From: Lama guanicoe
Lineage: Eukaryota
Assembly: GCA_013239625.1 (NCBI GenBank)
Contig: MU053652.1
Span: forward strand, 6,501,902-6,565,901
Length of the DNA stretch: 64,000 nt
Reading direction: 5' to 3'
Position 1 is the stretch's first letter; every line of letters starts with the position of its first letter. The notes beneath the pieces were generated by a model, which ran no database searches, was not told the origin of the DNA, and worked only from the letters and a program-made list of their open reading frames with translations. Position numbers and translations under genes: made by a program. Shown piece after piece: positions 27,191 to 41,032 of this stretch.

Positions 27191-29384
27191 ACAGAAGATA
27201 TGATATTGAGAACAACATGCTGGGAGTTATTTGTATGGCCTGCTGTCTTTGGGTTGAGTAATCTAATACTGAGTAATAATGATGAAACAATAAACAAGGA
27301 ACATAAGCCCATTCTGTGACTTAGTAAAATTGGGTAAAAGAAATGGATATTGAAGGTAGCTCCCTTATTTTAGCATAGCCATTGATGGAAAAATAAGTCA
27401 GTAGAATATTCTGGGCATCATAACAACGGTTTAGGGTTAATTTGAGAGATTGTGTAGAACAACAGCATAGCTCCAGGTCGAGGAGCTTACGTAAGGGAAG
27501 CAGTTAACACAGCATTATGACCAAAGGCCTGTGTGGCCATCACAGGGAGAAGCAGGGAAGAGAGCTCCAAGGTAGGCAAGAAGATATCATTTGTAAGCAC
27601 AAATGAGATGACCTCATTGTCACCAAAAGCCTGGAAGGGAGAGCAAATGATCTAACGATCAGTGATTGATCAACTGACTTCGGTTTGTTGTTTATGTTTA
27701 GACAGTTTCAAGAACCCTGAATTGGTTGTTATCAACAATTTTGTCCAGCTTTATGGTTGATTATGGAAGAGGATCCTCTAAACATTTCACTTTACCAATC
27801 TTGAGCACTTGACAAATTTAGCCCCAGACTGTGGGAGGGACAGCATTTTGTGGGTTCCCCAAGTAGTTATGTGCCTCTTCCTGCTTGCTCTCTGCGGGGA
27901 AAGGTGGCATGACACCCTAAGGAGGCCAGTCTTAATCTCAGATTTCCCTGCCTGGCGGCATATCTATCTCCCTTTAAAGCAAATGCATGGACCATGAGCA
28001 TATCAGTGGTGACAGTAACTTCAGGATGTCTGACTCTGTGGAGGAGAAAGGCCCAATAATGACTGAAACAGAATTCCTTCCCCTATCAGGAGTTTGCTAA
28101 CATAAAGCAGATTACATATAACTAAAAAAAAAACAAAAGAGTCGTGTCATTTTTCCATCCCAGGTTGTAGGGAGAAGTTCACTCATACCCACTACACATT
28201 GGAATTCATAACTATAGATGTGATATTTTGTTGAAATAAATAGAGTTTATACACTTACAGTGATCTTTTATTGGAATAAATCTGATTTATAAACTTAAAA
28301 ATACAACATTTATACATTAAAGAGTTTGTCAAGAGAAAGGAAATTCTTTAGCTATACATGAAAGTGTAGATCCAGGCTTGAAGATTATGGAAAAATTAAT
28401 ATAATTGATTGACATTTTTAGGTTTATAAACCATGGAGAAAAGTCTGACTCACAAGGCTAAGAAGTTGCCTTTTTAATGGCTCTGGTTTGCACTCTTCAA
28501 TTAAACTGATAAAAGCATCTTCAAAGAATAATAAGACACTTTTGTTTCAAGTTAGATCACTAATAATACCAAAAGAACTGCTTACTTTCCATGATAAAAA
28601 TAAAGATTCAAGCACAAAGGCTCAAAATTCAAAACCGTTAAGACTTCCTAAAAATATAAAATTATCTTCACATGAAACGTTACGCATTTATTTGTCGTTG
28701 CACAATTGACTGTTAGGCTGTGACCAGAGCATGCACCCAGCAGATGCGCTGGGATTGTGTTTGGCATTTAATTGAGCATAACATTCGGGTTCTGTAGATG
28801 GATATTACTTCCACAGTTTTACATGAACAAACATGTGCTGTGTTGAATTTTAATAAGCTCTAATGCAGAGCTACAACTGGCGCTGATCAATGGTATGTTG
28901 ACAAAGTTGAAATATATACACAGAAGTGCAGAGAGTGCTGCGTATCGACATTTGTCCCCAAAAGGAGGGAACCTAGCAGTACACGGGAAGGGGCCAGCCC
29001 ACAATGTGAGAAAACTAACACGCAGCCAAGCATTTAAATATATACATTTGAATAGTTCAATATATATTTAAATAAAAATTTTAGCAATTGCATGCAGAAG
29101 CCCTGATGAATTTTTACCAAAATCTAATATTGTTACAATGACATTTCAAAATAAGTTATTTGCTCACTCTCCCTCCCAAAGATACTACGGGTGCAGAAGA
29201 ACCAGCCCCAGTGAGGGGGCCTCACAACCATTTCCACCATAAAGCTTGAAGCTTTTCCTCGGAGCGAGAGGGAACACTTTCCTTTGCTTCCTTGCTATTG
29301 CTTCCACAGATTTTTATCTCTGTCCTTTATTCTTTAAAGAGGCACTAACAAGGGGCGTGCATTTACTACACATATTTCTGTATT

Positions 29385-29562
29385 GTTTAGCTGTGCTGTG
29401 CAATATTGTAACCACTACCCTTATTTGATTATTCCAATTTAAATTAATCATAATTAAATAAAATTTAAAAGTAAGTTTTCAGTCTCATTAGCCACATTTT
29501 AAATGTTCAGTATTGCAAACACAGACCGTTTCTATCATTGCAGAAGTTCTACTGGACTGCAC
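29385..29562. mobile_element. MER3/MER33-like hAT DNA transposon remnant
   Basis: gctgtgctgtgcaatattgtaaccacta...tctatcattgcagaagttctactggac. Confidence 0.65.
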
Positions 29563-29739
29563 TTAAAAGTTTTACAAAAACTATGTAGGCATTCATAATT
29601 AATGAGGAATAAAGAAAGATGTATTTTTAAAAGCTATAAACAATAAGACTTGTTATGGAGATGAAATAAATTTCTTTAGTGGCTCCTTTTATATTTTGTT
29701 GTTGCCCTGGAAATATGTATTTTAAGATTTTTACTTTTA

Positions 29740-30260
29740 TCATTCATTATTTAACCAATATTTATTAAGTTATTATTCTAGACGCCATGTTAGGCTTTGA
29801 AATACAATAGTTAAGGTGACAGACATGGGCCCTACACTCACAGTAGCTATAATCCAGCAGGATGAAATAGATATTATATTGATTTTTTACACAAATTATA
29901 AGTAAAAGTAGCATCTCATGAGTGTTGGGGTATGGAGGCTGGGAATCTATTTTAAGAGGGTTGGTGAAGTTTTCCTTGAGGGAGTGATTTTACTTATGCT
30001 TTAAAACAGGAAAAGAAAATAATTTACACAGGTAACGTTGTATATGTTGGGCACTGGATGGGTGTTCTAGGTAAAATGAACAGTAAATGTATGTACAGGT
30101 ACTGAGACAGAAAGAGAACGAAAATCAGCTGGTGTTGGGGTGGCCAGTATGGCTGGTTTGTGAGAACAGCAGTAGAAGAAGGCTGGGTAAACAAAGGCAG
30201 GGGATGGTCATTCAATATCTTGTCTCAGCCATAAGGATAGATTTTGTTTTAGAAGTGATG
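29740..30260. mobile_element. L2 fragment
   Basis: cattcattatttaaccaatatttattaag...agacatgggccctacactcacagtagc. Confidence 0.65.
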
Positions 30261-30261
30261 G

Positions 30262-30572
30262 TAAACTATCAAACTCATAGAAGCAGAGAGTAGACAGGTG
30301 GTTGCCAGAGGCTGGGGTAGGAAGGAATGGGGAAATGTTGGTCAAAAGGTATGAAGTTTCAGTTAAGCAAGATGAATAAATTCTGAAGACCTAATGTATA
30401 ACAAGGTGTACAGTATACTTGAAATTTGCTAGAAGATCCTAAACGTTCTCACCAGCAAAACAAAAACAAAAACAAAAACAAAAACAAAAACCATGATTTC
30501 AGTGGTGGTGATTATTTCACAGTGTATGTGTATATCAAGTTGTACACCTTAAGTTTATACAATTTTAAAAAT
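30262..30572 (+). mobile_element. L1MA/MB-type 3' end containing (CAAAAA)5
   Basis: caaactcatagaagcagagagtag...gtggttgccagaggctgggg...tacaccttaagtttatacaatttt. Confidence 0.85.
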
Positions 30573-31634
30573 GGAATAATTTGAAGGTTGAGTTCACGAT
30601 CAGCTCTGCAAAACCATTTTGTCAGGAAACGATAAATGTGACATTGAAACATGAAAACAATTTCATTACTGCAGAAATGTCTTTTGTCATTTCGCTTTTA
30701 GACTATTAGCAGTGGAAATTTTTTGACTCATTCTGCTTTTTATTCATGGTCCTGGTGTTCTTTCAAATGGATTTACCTGTTTCCTTTCCCTACTCTTCCT
30801 CACTCGCACATGGACGGTCTGCAGCAGACCCAGCCCACAGGCAAGTTCCCTAGTCTCAGGTGGGGATGTAATCCTGTCAATGGCCTCTGCCAACAAGAAT
30901 GGTTCTTTTTCCATCTGTGATGCTATAAGGTGATGTAGGGGGAGCGTGCATCTCTGATCCTCTCCGTATTCTCTTTTATTACCTATCCAGAAATCCTAGT
31001 CTTGTTGTGTAATTTTGCACTTAAAAAAAAAAAGTATGTGTCTCATTTTATCAGAAACTAAAAATTATCTTGTCTAAGAAGCCTACCTACATGTTCATAG
31101 GCCCTGCTGATTGTGAAAAAGACCCCACATGCCACTAGGGGGACTTTGCCCATCACTGGATTAAAGAAAAGAATGCCGCGTCTCCACTCAGTATCTGCTC
31201 TCAGGTGTTTTCAGAAATTCTATTTCCTAATTCTATGCAACGATGCAGGCAACGAATCATGTGGGAACTATGTGGCCTGGAAATTCCTGACTCAGTCCTT
31301 GGCCTGAGACCCAATTCAGAACTTCCAGAATTCCTCAGGGCTTAGAGACTCCATTTAGGAAACAGGAATGAGTTGAGGATTATGCGACTGCAATTTTCCT
31401 ACGACATTTTGCTGGTGAACACCAAATCCGATATCCTGTAAAGTGTAAAGATTTCTGTTTGCAATTTGTTTTATGCATTTTCATTTAAAGCGTACATGCC
31501 AAGAAATCATTCTTCTTTGAAAGAAAAAAAATGGTTATTGTTTCAGCAGCCATTTTATGACTTTTTATTTTTGTTTGTTTGCTTTTAGTTTATATTTTAT
31601 CTCCTGCTTTTTTTTTTTTTTTTCTGGATAGAGC

Positions 31635-31815
31635 CAGCTGTTGAGTCAGCAGTGTGTAGGCAACTCAAGTAGGACATGATTACTGAGATTCCTTTTATGT
31701 CCCCCTCCAGGGCAGCCACCTGCTTTGTCATTGAAAAAAATGACTCATGTGGCAGCCTGACAAATACCTGGCTGCTCAGCACAGCTGTCTGCGAGCCACA
31801 CTTGTGGCTCTGCTT
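31635..31815. promoter_or_regulatory. Candidate enhancer: AP-1/MARE plus E-box cluster
   Basis: tgagtcagca 31642-31651, tgactca 31741-31747, E-boxes cagctg (x2), cacctg and catgtg in non-repeat DNA. Confidence 0.35.
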
Positions 31816-32224
31816 TAAAGGAGTGTAAAAGCGAAGATTAAGAATTCACTGAAATATCCCTGCAGAGCCCAGCTAAAAGGCAAAGAAAGGCCTTCCTATC
31901 ATAAATAAAACATTAGCAGAGTCAGTACAGGGCAATGGGCCTTTTTTATGATTATGATACCTAAATGATGCAGGGAAACAAGGCAACAAGATAAAAATGC
32001 ATGTCAAAGCAATATCTGATTCCCTGACGTATTCTCTGACCCAACAGTCAAACTATTTCAGTCATATTTCTTTGTAGTTTACCCATTGAACCAGAGTAGT
32101 TTCAGTTAAATCTGTGTCAAAAATCCCAGTATTGTTAGCACATGCTGAAAGGAATGCTCCTTCTCTTCTGTATTAAAAGCTCACAGTGCTGGTATCTCTG
32201 CCATCTAGAAATGATACTGGAAAT

Positions 32225-32780
32225 TGTCCCATTTATCTATTTCTGGGTAACACACTCCCCCAAGACTTTGAGACGCAAAACAACTATTTTATTTGCTTAT
32301 GATATGCGGGTCAGGAATTCAGGAAGACCTCGACTGAGTGGTTTATTGCTTATCTCGGGTGGTGACAGCTGCGCATCTGGGCCTGGGGGACACAACTCCA
32401 AAATGACCTCTTCATTCAAATGCCTGGCACCCCAATTCTCCTTGGTCTGCCTTTCTCTCCACATGGCCTTTTCATGTCCTCAGCGTCCATGTGGCTTGTG
32501 CTTTTCACGACACGGTGGTCCCAGGGAGGCTGGACTTCTCACACATTGGTTTGCTTTCTCTAGAGTGAGTGAGTACTCCAATAAGCCTAGGTGAAGGATG
32601 CAAGGCTTCTAATAACCAAGTCTAAGAAGTCCCAGGATGTCATTCTCACCCATTCTATTGACCAGTCAAGTTACATCCCACGTGGGGAGGAAGAGACTCC
32701 AGCTCTGGACGGCGGAAGGGCTTGCACACGCGGGAAGGGAAGGGCTTGATGATGGCCATATTGAAGTCAAGCTACCACAG
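32225..32780 (-). mobile_element. MaLR (MLT1-type) LTR; hosts the chance 150-aa ORF 32142-32594
   Basis: tttatttgcttatgatatgcgggtcaggaattcagg...cattctattgaccagtcaagttac...ctaccaca. Confidence 0.75.
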
Positions 32781-33247
32781 AAATGTTTCAAGATATAGCA
32801 CAGCCAGAATTTCCCTCGTATGTTATCTCCTTTGTCGTTTACGGACTTGCAGTTACTGTTGACTTTATCCCTTGGCTGTATGTTTTAAGATATGTTTATT
32901 TTAACGAGGTTTTACACCATGTTGTTGCAAGCTGTTTGTAATCATGCATTAGTTATCATGTTGTGTTCTCCAGTAAATTTTCCTGAATAGAACCTCCACT
33001 CATTAAACAGTGATTTATTGCACATCTACCATGTATCAAACACTTTTCTAGACACTGGAGAGAGCACAATTTTTTTTTTAAAAAGTATACTTCTCTTGGA
33101 AATTTGATTCTAGTGGAAACAATAAACAGACAAAATATAATATGTCAGGGGTGATACGTGTTATGGAGAAAAATAAATCAACTGTTCAGGAAGTCTAGGA
33201 AGTAAAGGTTGAACTCCGTGCTTCTTCAGTGTTAAGACGTTAATTTA

Positions 33248-33419
33248 TAGATAAACAAGGTCCTACTGTACAGCACAAGGAACTATATTCAATGCCTTGA
33301 AGTAACCTATACTGAAAAGAATATGAAAAGGAATATACATATACACACAACTGAATCACTATGCTGTCCACCAGAAATTAACACAACATTGTAAATCAAC
33401 TATATATCAATTTAAAAAA
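33248..33419 (+). mobile_element. Short L1 3' end with TSD
   Basis: gataaacaaggtcctactgtacagcaca...aacattgtaaatcaactata plus A tail; TSD aagacgttaattta (33234-33247) / aagatgtcaattta (33420-33433). Confidence 0.9.
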
Positions 33420-36400
33420 AAGATGTCAATTTACTTCAGCCTGTTACCACCTTACTCTACTCTGTTCAGCAGTTAAGCCATATCACTGATGTAATCAATG
33501 TGAAAAGACTATATAACTTGGAAAGTGGTGCTTCATTTTGAGATTACACAGACATATTTTAAAATGCTATGAAGAATTCTCGCCAGGAAAATTCATTATA
33601 TACCTTTTTTGGGGTATACAAATTAAGGAGTTCAGATATTCCTCGACTTGCTTCCAGGTTCTTCAGGCACAGGTAAAGAACAAAGAAACTAAGCTCTAGT
33701 TCAGTTTCCTTTATAACACTGCAGCCGGTGCCCCTAATTAACCAAAGGATATTGATTTTTTCACTGGATTCTACCAGTGGCATCATGGGGAGAAAGTTTA
33801 CAAAAATTTGTGTGTGTGTGCATCTCACAGCTAAAAGGAAAAGTCCACTTGTTTAGTAACATTTGGTGCTTTATTCTGTGAGATGGCATTGAAGTTCTAG
33901 CTCAGTGAAGGAGACAGTATTACAGGTTGTGGGATGGGTCGCTAAATACTGTCTTTATGTTAACTTAATGAGACGGCATAAAATGCCAATAACGCAGTTT
34001 TTATTTGGCTCAGAATGGTTGCTCAAATCTAGTCCCATTCTTTCTGCTTTTATATGTATTTTTACCTAGTGGGCTGTCTTCATGTTATTTATACTAAGTA
34101 CATGAAGTTGTTTACAGTTCCTGGATTCAGTCAGAGGATCCTAAAGAAAAAACTTTTCTGACTCATCTTGTTTTCTAAGAAACATACAAAGATTACAGAT
34201 TTATGGGATTCACTTTAAGCTTTTTTAAACAATTTGAACTAGGAGAAATGATAATTTACAGATATACATCTATTAAAACATCAGATATTATCTTGCAATA
34301 ATTTGTATACATCAACACTTTATTAATGTAATTACATTTCAAATACACTATTTTGCTTGCTTTTAAAAGTAATCCACAGAAGAAACTTTCTCTCGTAAGA
34401 AAAGAAGTATTCTAAGTTTTAAGAGTTATCCCCTTGATGCTGCTATTATGAAAATATGGATATCCCTAAAGAGAGTGTTCCTTGTTTTTTATCATACTTT
34501 TGAGAACTTGGGAACATAGCACTCTTTTTATTTTCTATAGACTGCAATTTTCCTGTTTAAGTAAAATATGACACTTATACATTTCTAAGACAAAATGCTA
34601 ACTGATTTTACTTGTGAGTTTACGGAAATTAATGACAGTTTAAACACATTTGCAGATCAATATGCTTTTGGCATATTCCATGGGGTGTGAAGGTCTTCAA
34701 AGGAAAAGCACTGGTCCTTAAAATGGGAATATGAATACAACACAGGTTACACAGAACTGGTTGTGGTATTATTGAGGTCCTCTGTTAAGCAATCATATAA
34801 GAAAAGACTTCTTCTATTTCACGTAGGTTCATAATACCTTTCAGGGGGACATTTAATGAGAAGATCCTGTTATATTTTGACCTACTTATTGTATAATTTG
34901 TTTTTAATAGTAGACTTTTGCAGCCATGATAGATGTATGGCTGAAAGAGATCTTAAACTGTGAGATTATTCACAAAGTTAATTCACAACCTAAGTAAACT
35001 AAAATAGGGTCATTTCAATATCTCTTAACTTGGATTTATGAGTCCTAATACTGAAAGACAACCTCCAATCTTCAAAGGGTTCTCGTAGAAGTTTTAGGGT
35101 ACATAATAACAACAATAGTGACATTACTACCTCTTCTACTATTACTACTACTAGTAAATTATTATGATAGTAACAATAATTATTTTGCAGAAAATTCCAA
35201 ACTATAGATATCAGTGTAAAATACTCATCTTAGTCTTCAAATCTTATATGCAGACATTCATAGCAGCACAGCAGCATCTATTTGACATGCTCTGCTAAGA
35301 GCTTTTTCAAATTTAACTTCACCAATTTCTAATTTAGGCAATTTGCCTATAATTGCTAAGTTTCTTTCAACAAATTGTAGAGTATATTTTCATGTACTAC
35401 CATTATTTTTCTGATGACAGTGCAAAACAGAAATGTGAAATTCAAGTAAATGCTTGTTGTTGTTTTTTTTAGAAATATACTTTGAAATTAGGGAAAAAAC
35501 ATAGCTAGGAAAAGCATCACATATTTGGAAAGCATCTAAGTTGTGTCCATAGACCATGACAACTTCCAATTTTTATCTTTATCTTTATTTGCTTTATGGG
35601 TTCCTAGGTACCCATTAACATATTTTACTATTATTGTATCAGCTGAAGTTATACACCTTGTTGAATAATGAATTTATAGCCATCGAGAGTTTACAAGAGG
35701 GCAAATAAAATTAGGTTTTTTATTTACTTTACTTTTCTGATAAAGCTAGTGAGTCATCTTTCAAGTGATAACCTACATAATGTAACAGTTTTATAAATCT
35801 GAAACCCTGTAATAAGGAAATATAATTTACTAAGTGTAGAGAAATATTTGCATTGGATATTTTATGTGTAAAATTTCTGCCCATCCCATTCAAAAGAACT
35901 CCTAGACTCAGAATTATAACTTTTTCCATATCTCCCACCTAGTTATATAATTTTCCATCAAATGTTAATACTTATGTAACTTATGAATCAGCATGAGAAG
36001 GTAGGAAAAGTGCTATACAAGTCACTTTTCAGATGGTGTTTTATATTGCATTAATTTTTCCAGAAGAGAAACATAAAACTGCTTCCCTGCTCACATTGTG
36101 TGATTCCAGAAAATTAGGCAGTATACATTCAGAAACTAGACACAAAAATCTCCTAATTACGAGTAAATGTGACAAACTAAAACGAAAACAAAAACAAAAA
36201 CACTTCATTTGTTCTGTTATCCTATTATTTTTTGGGTTCTTTATAAAAAAACAATGGTAGAAAGCAACAATGATACAACTAATGCCTAGACCACAAGGCT
36301 GAAGAAAATGGGACTAAAGACTTTGCCTCATTGCAATGTGTTGTTTTCTGTATACCAATCCACTGTGTGTCAAAATACAATTGTTTTACTTACATTTTTA

Positions 36401-39400
36401 GCATGATTAGATAATAAGACCATAATCCTCCTAACAGCAATGTGAATGGGATACTTGTGTATATTGTGAACAGAAGAATGGGTAATGATCATTAACATGT
36501 AATAATAAGGGCATAAAGGAAAACATCAACATCTTTCAGTATGTCTAGCAAATATTGCTCTTATATTTACAACTGAGGCGGCCACATTTTGGCCTCATTA
36601 GCTATGTCTATAGATAATATTCCAGAAAAGTTTGCATGTCTAGAGCTGGAAAACCTTCCATTTTATCCACTGGATAAAACACCAACTTGATGCACTGGTA
36701 CAAATCCAAACTGTCACATCGTGCAGAATTGTGAGTCTATTTGACAGTAAATAGTGATGCTCACTTCTAAGGAATTAACAAAAAGATTTTAAAAATATGG
36801 AAGGGGAAATTTAAAAGAACCAAATGAAATGCTTCTTATTAAATATATGTATACTGTATAAAAAATCCTGAAAAATGTTAACTTGATCCCGGGGCAATGC
36901 TGGGATAGCAGAATGGCTTTGGTTCTGCAGTCAAATACACTTTGGGAATGATAATTACTCCATATCCTATTTTTGCAGAACAACGTAGTACAGCAAAGGC
37001 TCTATAAAGTACATAACAAAATAAATTTGGTTAACGTTTTTTTCCCCAAATATATCTGACCTCAGAACTTTGTTTATCTTTTTGCTTAATATCTTTTTAA
37101 CATAAAATACACTTTATTTAAAAAAAGGTACAGAAAAATGTGAATTCCAAGTTATTTTGCATGGTTAGATTGTGCTAGGGAAAGGAATTGTGCTAGGAAT
37201 TCAGATTTCTTTGAAAATACTAGGTGGAAAGTTACATATCCACTTGTGTATATACACAAATGGATCAGGTAGCATTCATACACAGTGATCACACACTTTC
37301 ATTTTCTATCATGTGATTTTTACTTTATATCTGAGACTCTCATAATAATTACCACAATTAAACAAGTAAACTGAAAATCCTTTGGTTTGGAGGGCACCTA
37401 GAGAACCTGCCATTTATTCAAAGTGGATTTTCTTTTTCTAATCGGACTTATTGCTTATTTGTATTTCAAAGGGAGCATAAATTATAAAACAACTTTCAGT
37501 TTAAAATATTCATGAGTTTTTATTTTGATAATACCATCTCTACTGTTGCCTGCGAATAATTACAGAAAGAGTACTGGAATTCTGTTTTGTCCAAGTATGC
37601 TTGATCACAAACACACACAAACATTCATGCACCAGAGAGAAAGACAGAGCTACTTATGTATGCAGCAGAATAACATCACATTGAATTGAGAAACTAGTCT
37701 CTCGGGACCAATTTTATGCCTTCCTCTACAGCTGTATGAAGCCACTTTGGAACATAATATATTCTTTTGAAGTCAATGATCCCTGAGGGTTCAAAGCAAG
37801 ATAAGAATTTGGCTCTTGATAGAGTGAATGCATTGTGTAGAATAGAGTCTTTAATTCTAAGCTTCACTGAGCACACACACATACCCACACACATACCAGA
37901 TAAAGAGAAAGTGCAGGTAACTCACTGGAGAATATGTAAAATGATCAGGACCCCAAATATTGATGTGACCTGCAAGAAATAAAATAAGAAATTTAGCCAT
38001 CCTATGTGTTAGGAGTGAGCTTGTGCAGGTATGCTTATTTATCCGTCTTTACCTAAAAGGGGGAGAAATAATAGAAGAAAAATAAGAGAGAAATGATCAG
38101 ATAGTTCAAAAAGGTATGACCACAGAAAAGTCAAGCTTTAAAAGGGAAAATTTTCTGAAATTGTGTTTCATAACATTTAACCTGGATCCAATTTCCAAGT
38201 ATGAATCAAATTCCCAAAGGGATTTGATTGGAACAAGTTGCTCACAGGTTTAACTCAAATTTAATGATTATTCATTCACTATTAATTGTGTGTGTTCAGC
38301 TTCTTTGAGAATTCCTACTGCTCACATTATACAAAAAACAAGAAAAGTCAATTTTTCTATGCATAATACATACAGTTAAATAGTGGAAATTATCAATTCC
38401 TAATAACTGCAGTGACTACTGGTGTATATTTGCTTTTTTCTTTTTTTAGATTTCAATTTATATAGAACATCGTCTTCAAAAGGAGTTTAGCTCTTATGAA
38501 TTGTACTTTGTTTCAGGTTAATAGACTTTGGAATGCATAGTTCAAGTTCTTACTTAACATTGCTAACACATATACTGGAATCTGATGGCATGCTAACAAG
38601 GAGGGGCTCTGGGGTTCCTATTCAAAAAGCTTTATAATTAGAGCAGAGTCGAAATTAAAAAAAAATGTTAACAGAAGTAAAGCTTGTGAACAGGAACTGC
38701 TGGGCAAAAACCTAAGACAAAATGACTTGCTTTTGTCAGTAATCCTGGAATCTGAAAGAAAAAGACAAGGAGATATTTGCTGTAGGAAAGGAGTTATGTA
38801 CACATGTATCCAATGGGTTAGACTAAAGGAGACAGCTCAATTTCAGATTAGTCTTGGAGCAACTTGAAACAGTATAGGCTCCCTGCTCCTTTGAGGCAAG
38901 AGTGAGGATTTTTTTGTTTTTGTTTTTTTGGGTTTTGTTGTAGATAGCAAGAATTGTGCAAGTCTGGGACACTTCAGTGGATAAGGCAGCGATGTGACTG
39001 CACAATGTTGGATATCTTGGGCCAATTCCAAGATTTGGCTGTTGCTGGGCTCCCTGTCATCAAGGAGTTGGGTCATATTTCAGCTGGAATCTTGTGACTT
39101 TTCCATCACAGCGCCTAACCTACTGACTGCCTAACCTATTGACTTGGAAGTTTTGATCTTCCATTTCTAGATATTGGAGACAGGTCAGATAGGTTATAGT
39201 CCTAGATGGCTTATAGATTCGTCACGATACTGTTCTCATTACAATCCCCTGTAAATTCGTTAGGTTCAGTATCTGCCTTCCAAGAAATTACACATGACTT
39301 TTTTTTACTAAATATTTGCTACTGCATGACTTGACACCCATCTTTCAATTTTCTGGAACAAGTTTCATTAACATCTACCACCTGCATAAGCTGGAGAGAA

Positions 39401-41032
39401 TTAAAAAAGGGAAATACAGGTGGGCCAACTTATCTTAGGAAATAAAGGAACTATACCATGAATAGGATGGAGTAATAAGCTCAGTGTTACATTTAATGGC
39501 CCAATAAAAGATTCAGCAGTAGGTACTATGGTGATGAATTGGCCACATATATCCAAGAGAAGCCAGTAACACTGATTTCCCATGTTCTAGGTGATGAATA
39601 CTATAGATGGCCTCTGAATTACAATAGTACAATGACAAGACATACACATTTTTAATAATGGTAACGGGTTGGTCAATATATCCCAATTAATGTACAACAG
39701 GTTATATAACATCTAGCAAGTTCTTTGAAGTATATCACTGTTTTAGGGCTATAAAAATTGAATTAAAACCTATGAAAAAGAAAATAAACTTAGAAATAAA
39801 ATGTTATTTCTTTGTCAATTGAAGTTTATCTGTCAAAGGGAAGCTTAGCCAGTAGTTTATTTTTAAACCACCTTTACATAAATGGTAAAACCTGTATTAT
39901 TTTAAGAAGCAATCAGCTGAAAACTAAAATATTGTTATTTTCTGTAAAAACTAAAATACTGTGATTTTCTGTGGGCTAAGAAAATATTCTTTCACTTTTA
40001 GGAGTGGTAAACTAGCTGTAAACACGAAGATAGCAAAGTGATATATTAAAACATACGAATATTATATATATAATTTATATACATATATAATTACACATAT
40101 ATATAATTAGGGATGAAGGAATCTCAAGATAAGTATTGCCCAAAATCACACAAATATTTATTAACTTTATTAAACTATTTATGTTATGTTTAAAACAACT
40201 TTAATAATAAGTTATATGATGTTTTTATTTAATATGGGCCTATTATATTGACAAGCAAGTCCTAATCCATTTAGTCCTTTTAGTCAACATGATTTGTGTT
40301 CTGCACGGGACATTTGAATTTTTAAAAATCAGTTATGAGATATTGTAATTGCAATGTAAATTTTAGGGAATATGATTAAGATAATGAAATGCTAAATTTT
40401 TAACAAAATTGAGTTTCATAACTTTAATTATTATATATACAAATTTAATAATAAATTTACACATAACATACAATTTGTGGTTGTTTATCTCTGTGCATAA
40501 CAGTCCCTTGAAGAAGCTGTCAACTCTTTTAAATTGAACAATAAGACTGCATCAAACCACAAGTAAACCAACAAGGGCAGAAGTCATGCTGGCCACTTTC
40601 CAATTATATGCAATATAATTAAGGTGTAAGAAACAACAGACAAGCTAGTTTTATCCATTTAGAAACTAAGTGGCTAGGCAAATGTTCAACATAGAAAAAT
40701 CAAAAGGTTTCCTGCATTTAAAAAATAATCAACAATAAAGTGAAATGGAAGAGGGAACGTCCATGTAGTTGAAGATGATGTGGCTACTTGCTTTCACGTT
40801 TAACATCTATTCTAAAAATAGTAACAACAAAACAACTACACAAAAACCACACCTGTAACAACTTTGAACTCAGAGAATGTTGACACTTCACAATAACTGT
40901 AAATAAATAAAGAGAAATCACAGACTCCTCTCAAGTCATCTACCCAGCTCCTGCTCCACTGCACAACTTTGTGAAGATGAAGGACACACTGACAAAAATG
41001 CATGGAGGATTTCCTCAGAACTTTGAGCACCG

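Noticed and set aside
32142..32594. 150-aa ORF
   Set aside because: Lies almost entirely within a MaLR LTR; no recognisable protein features
36661..36679. Perfect palindrome ttttatcca-c-tggataaaa; also an AT hairpin at ~29032-29073
   Set aside because: Short and AT-rich; no supporting context
39113..39144. 16-bp tandem duplication gcctaaccta(c/t)tgact
   Set aside because: Ordinary slippage duplication of two units; not an array
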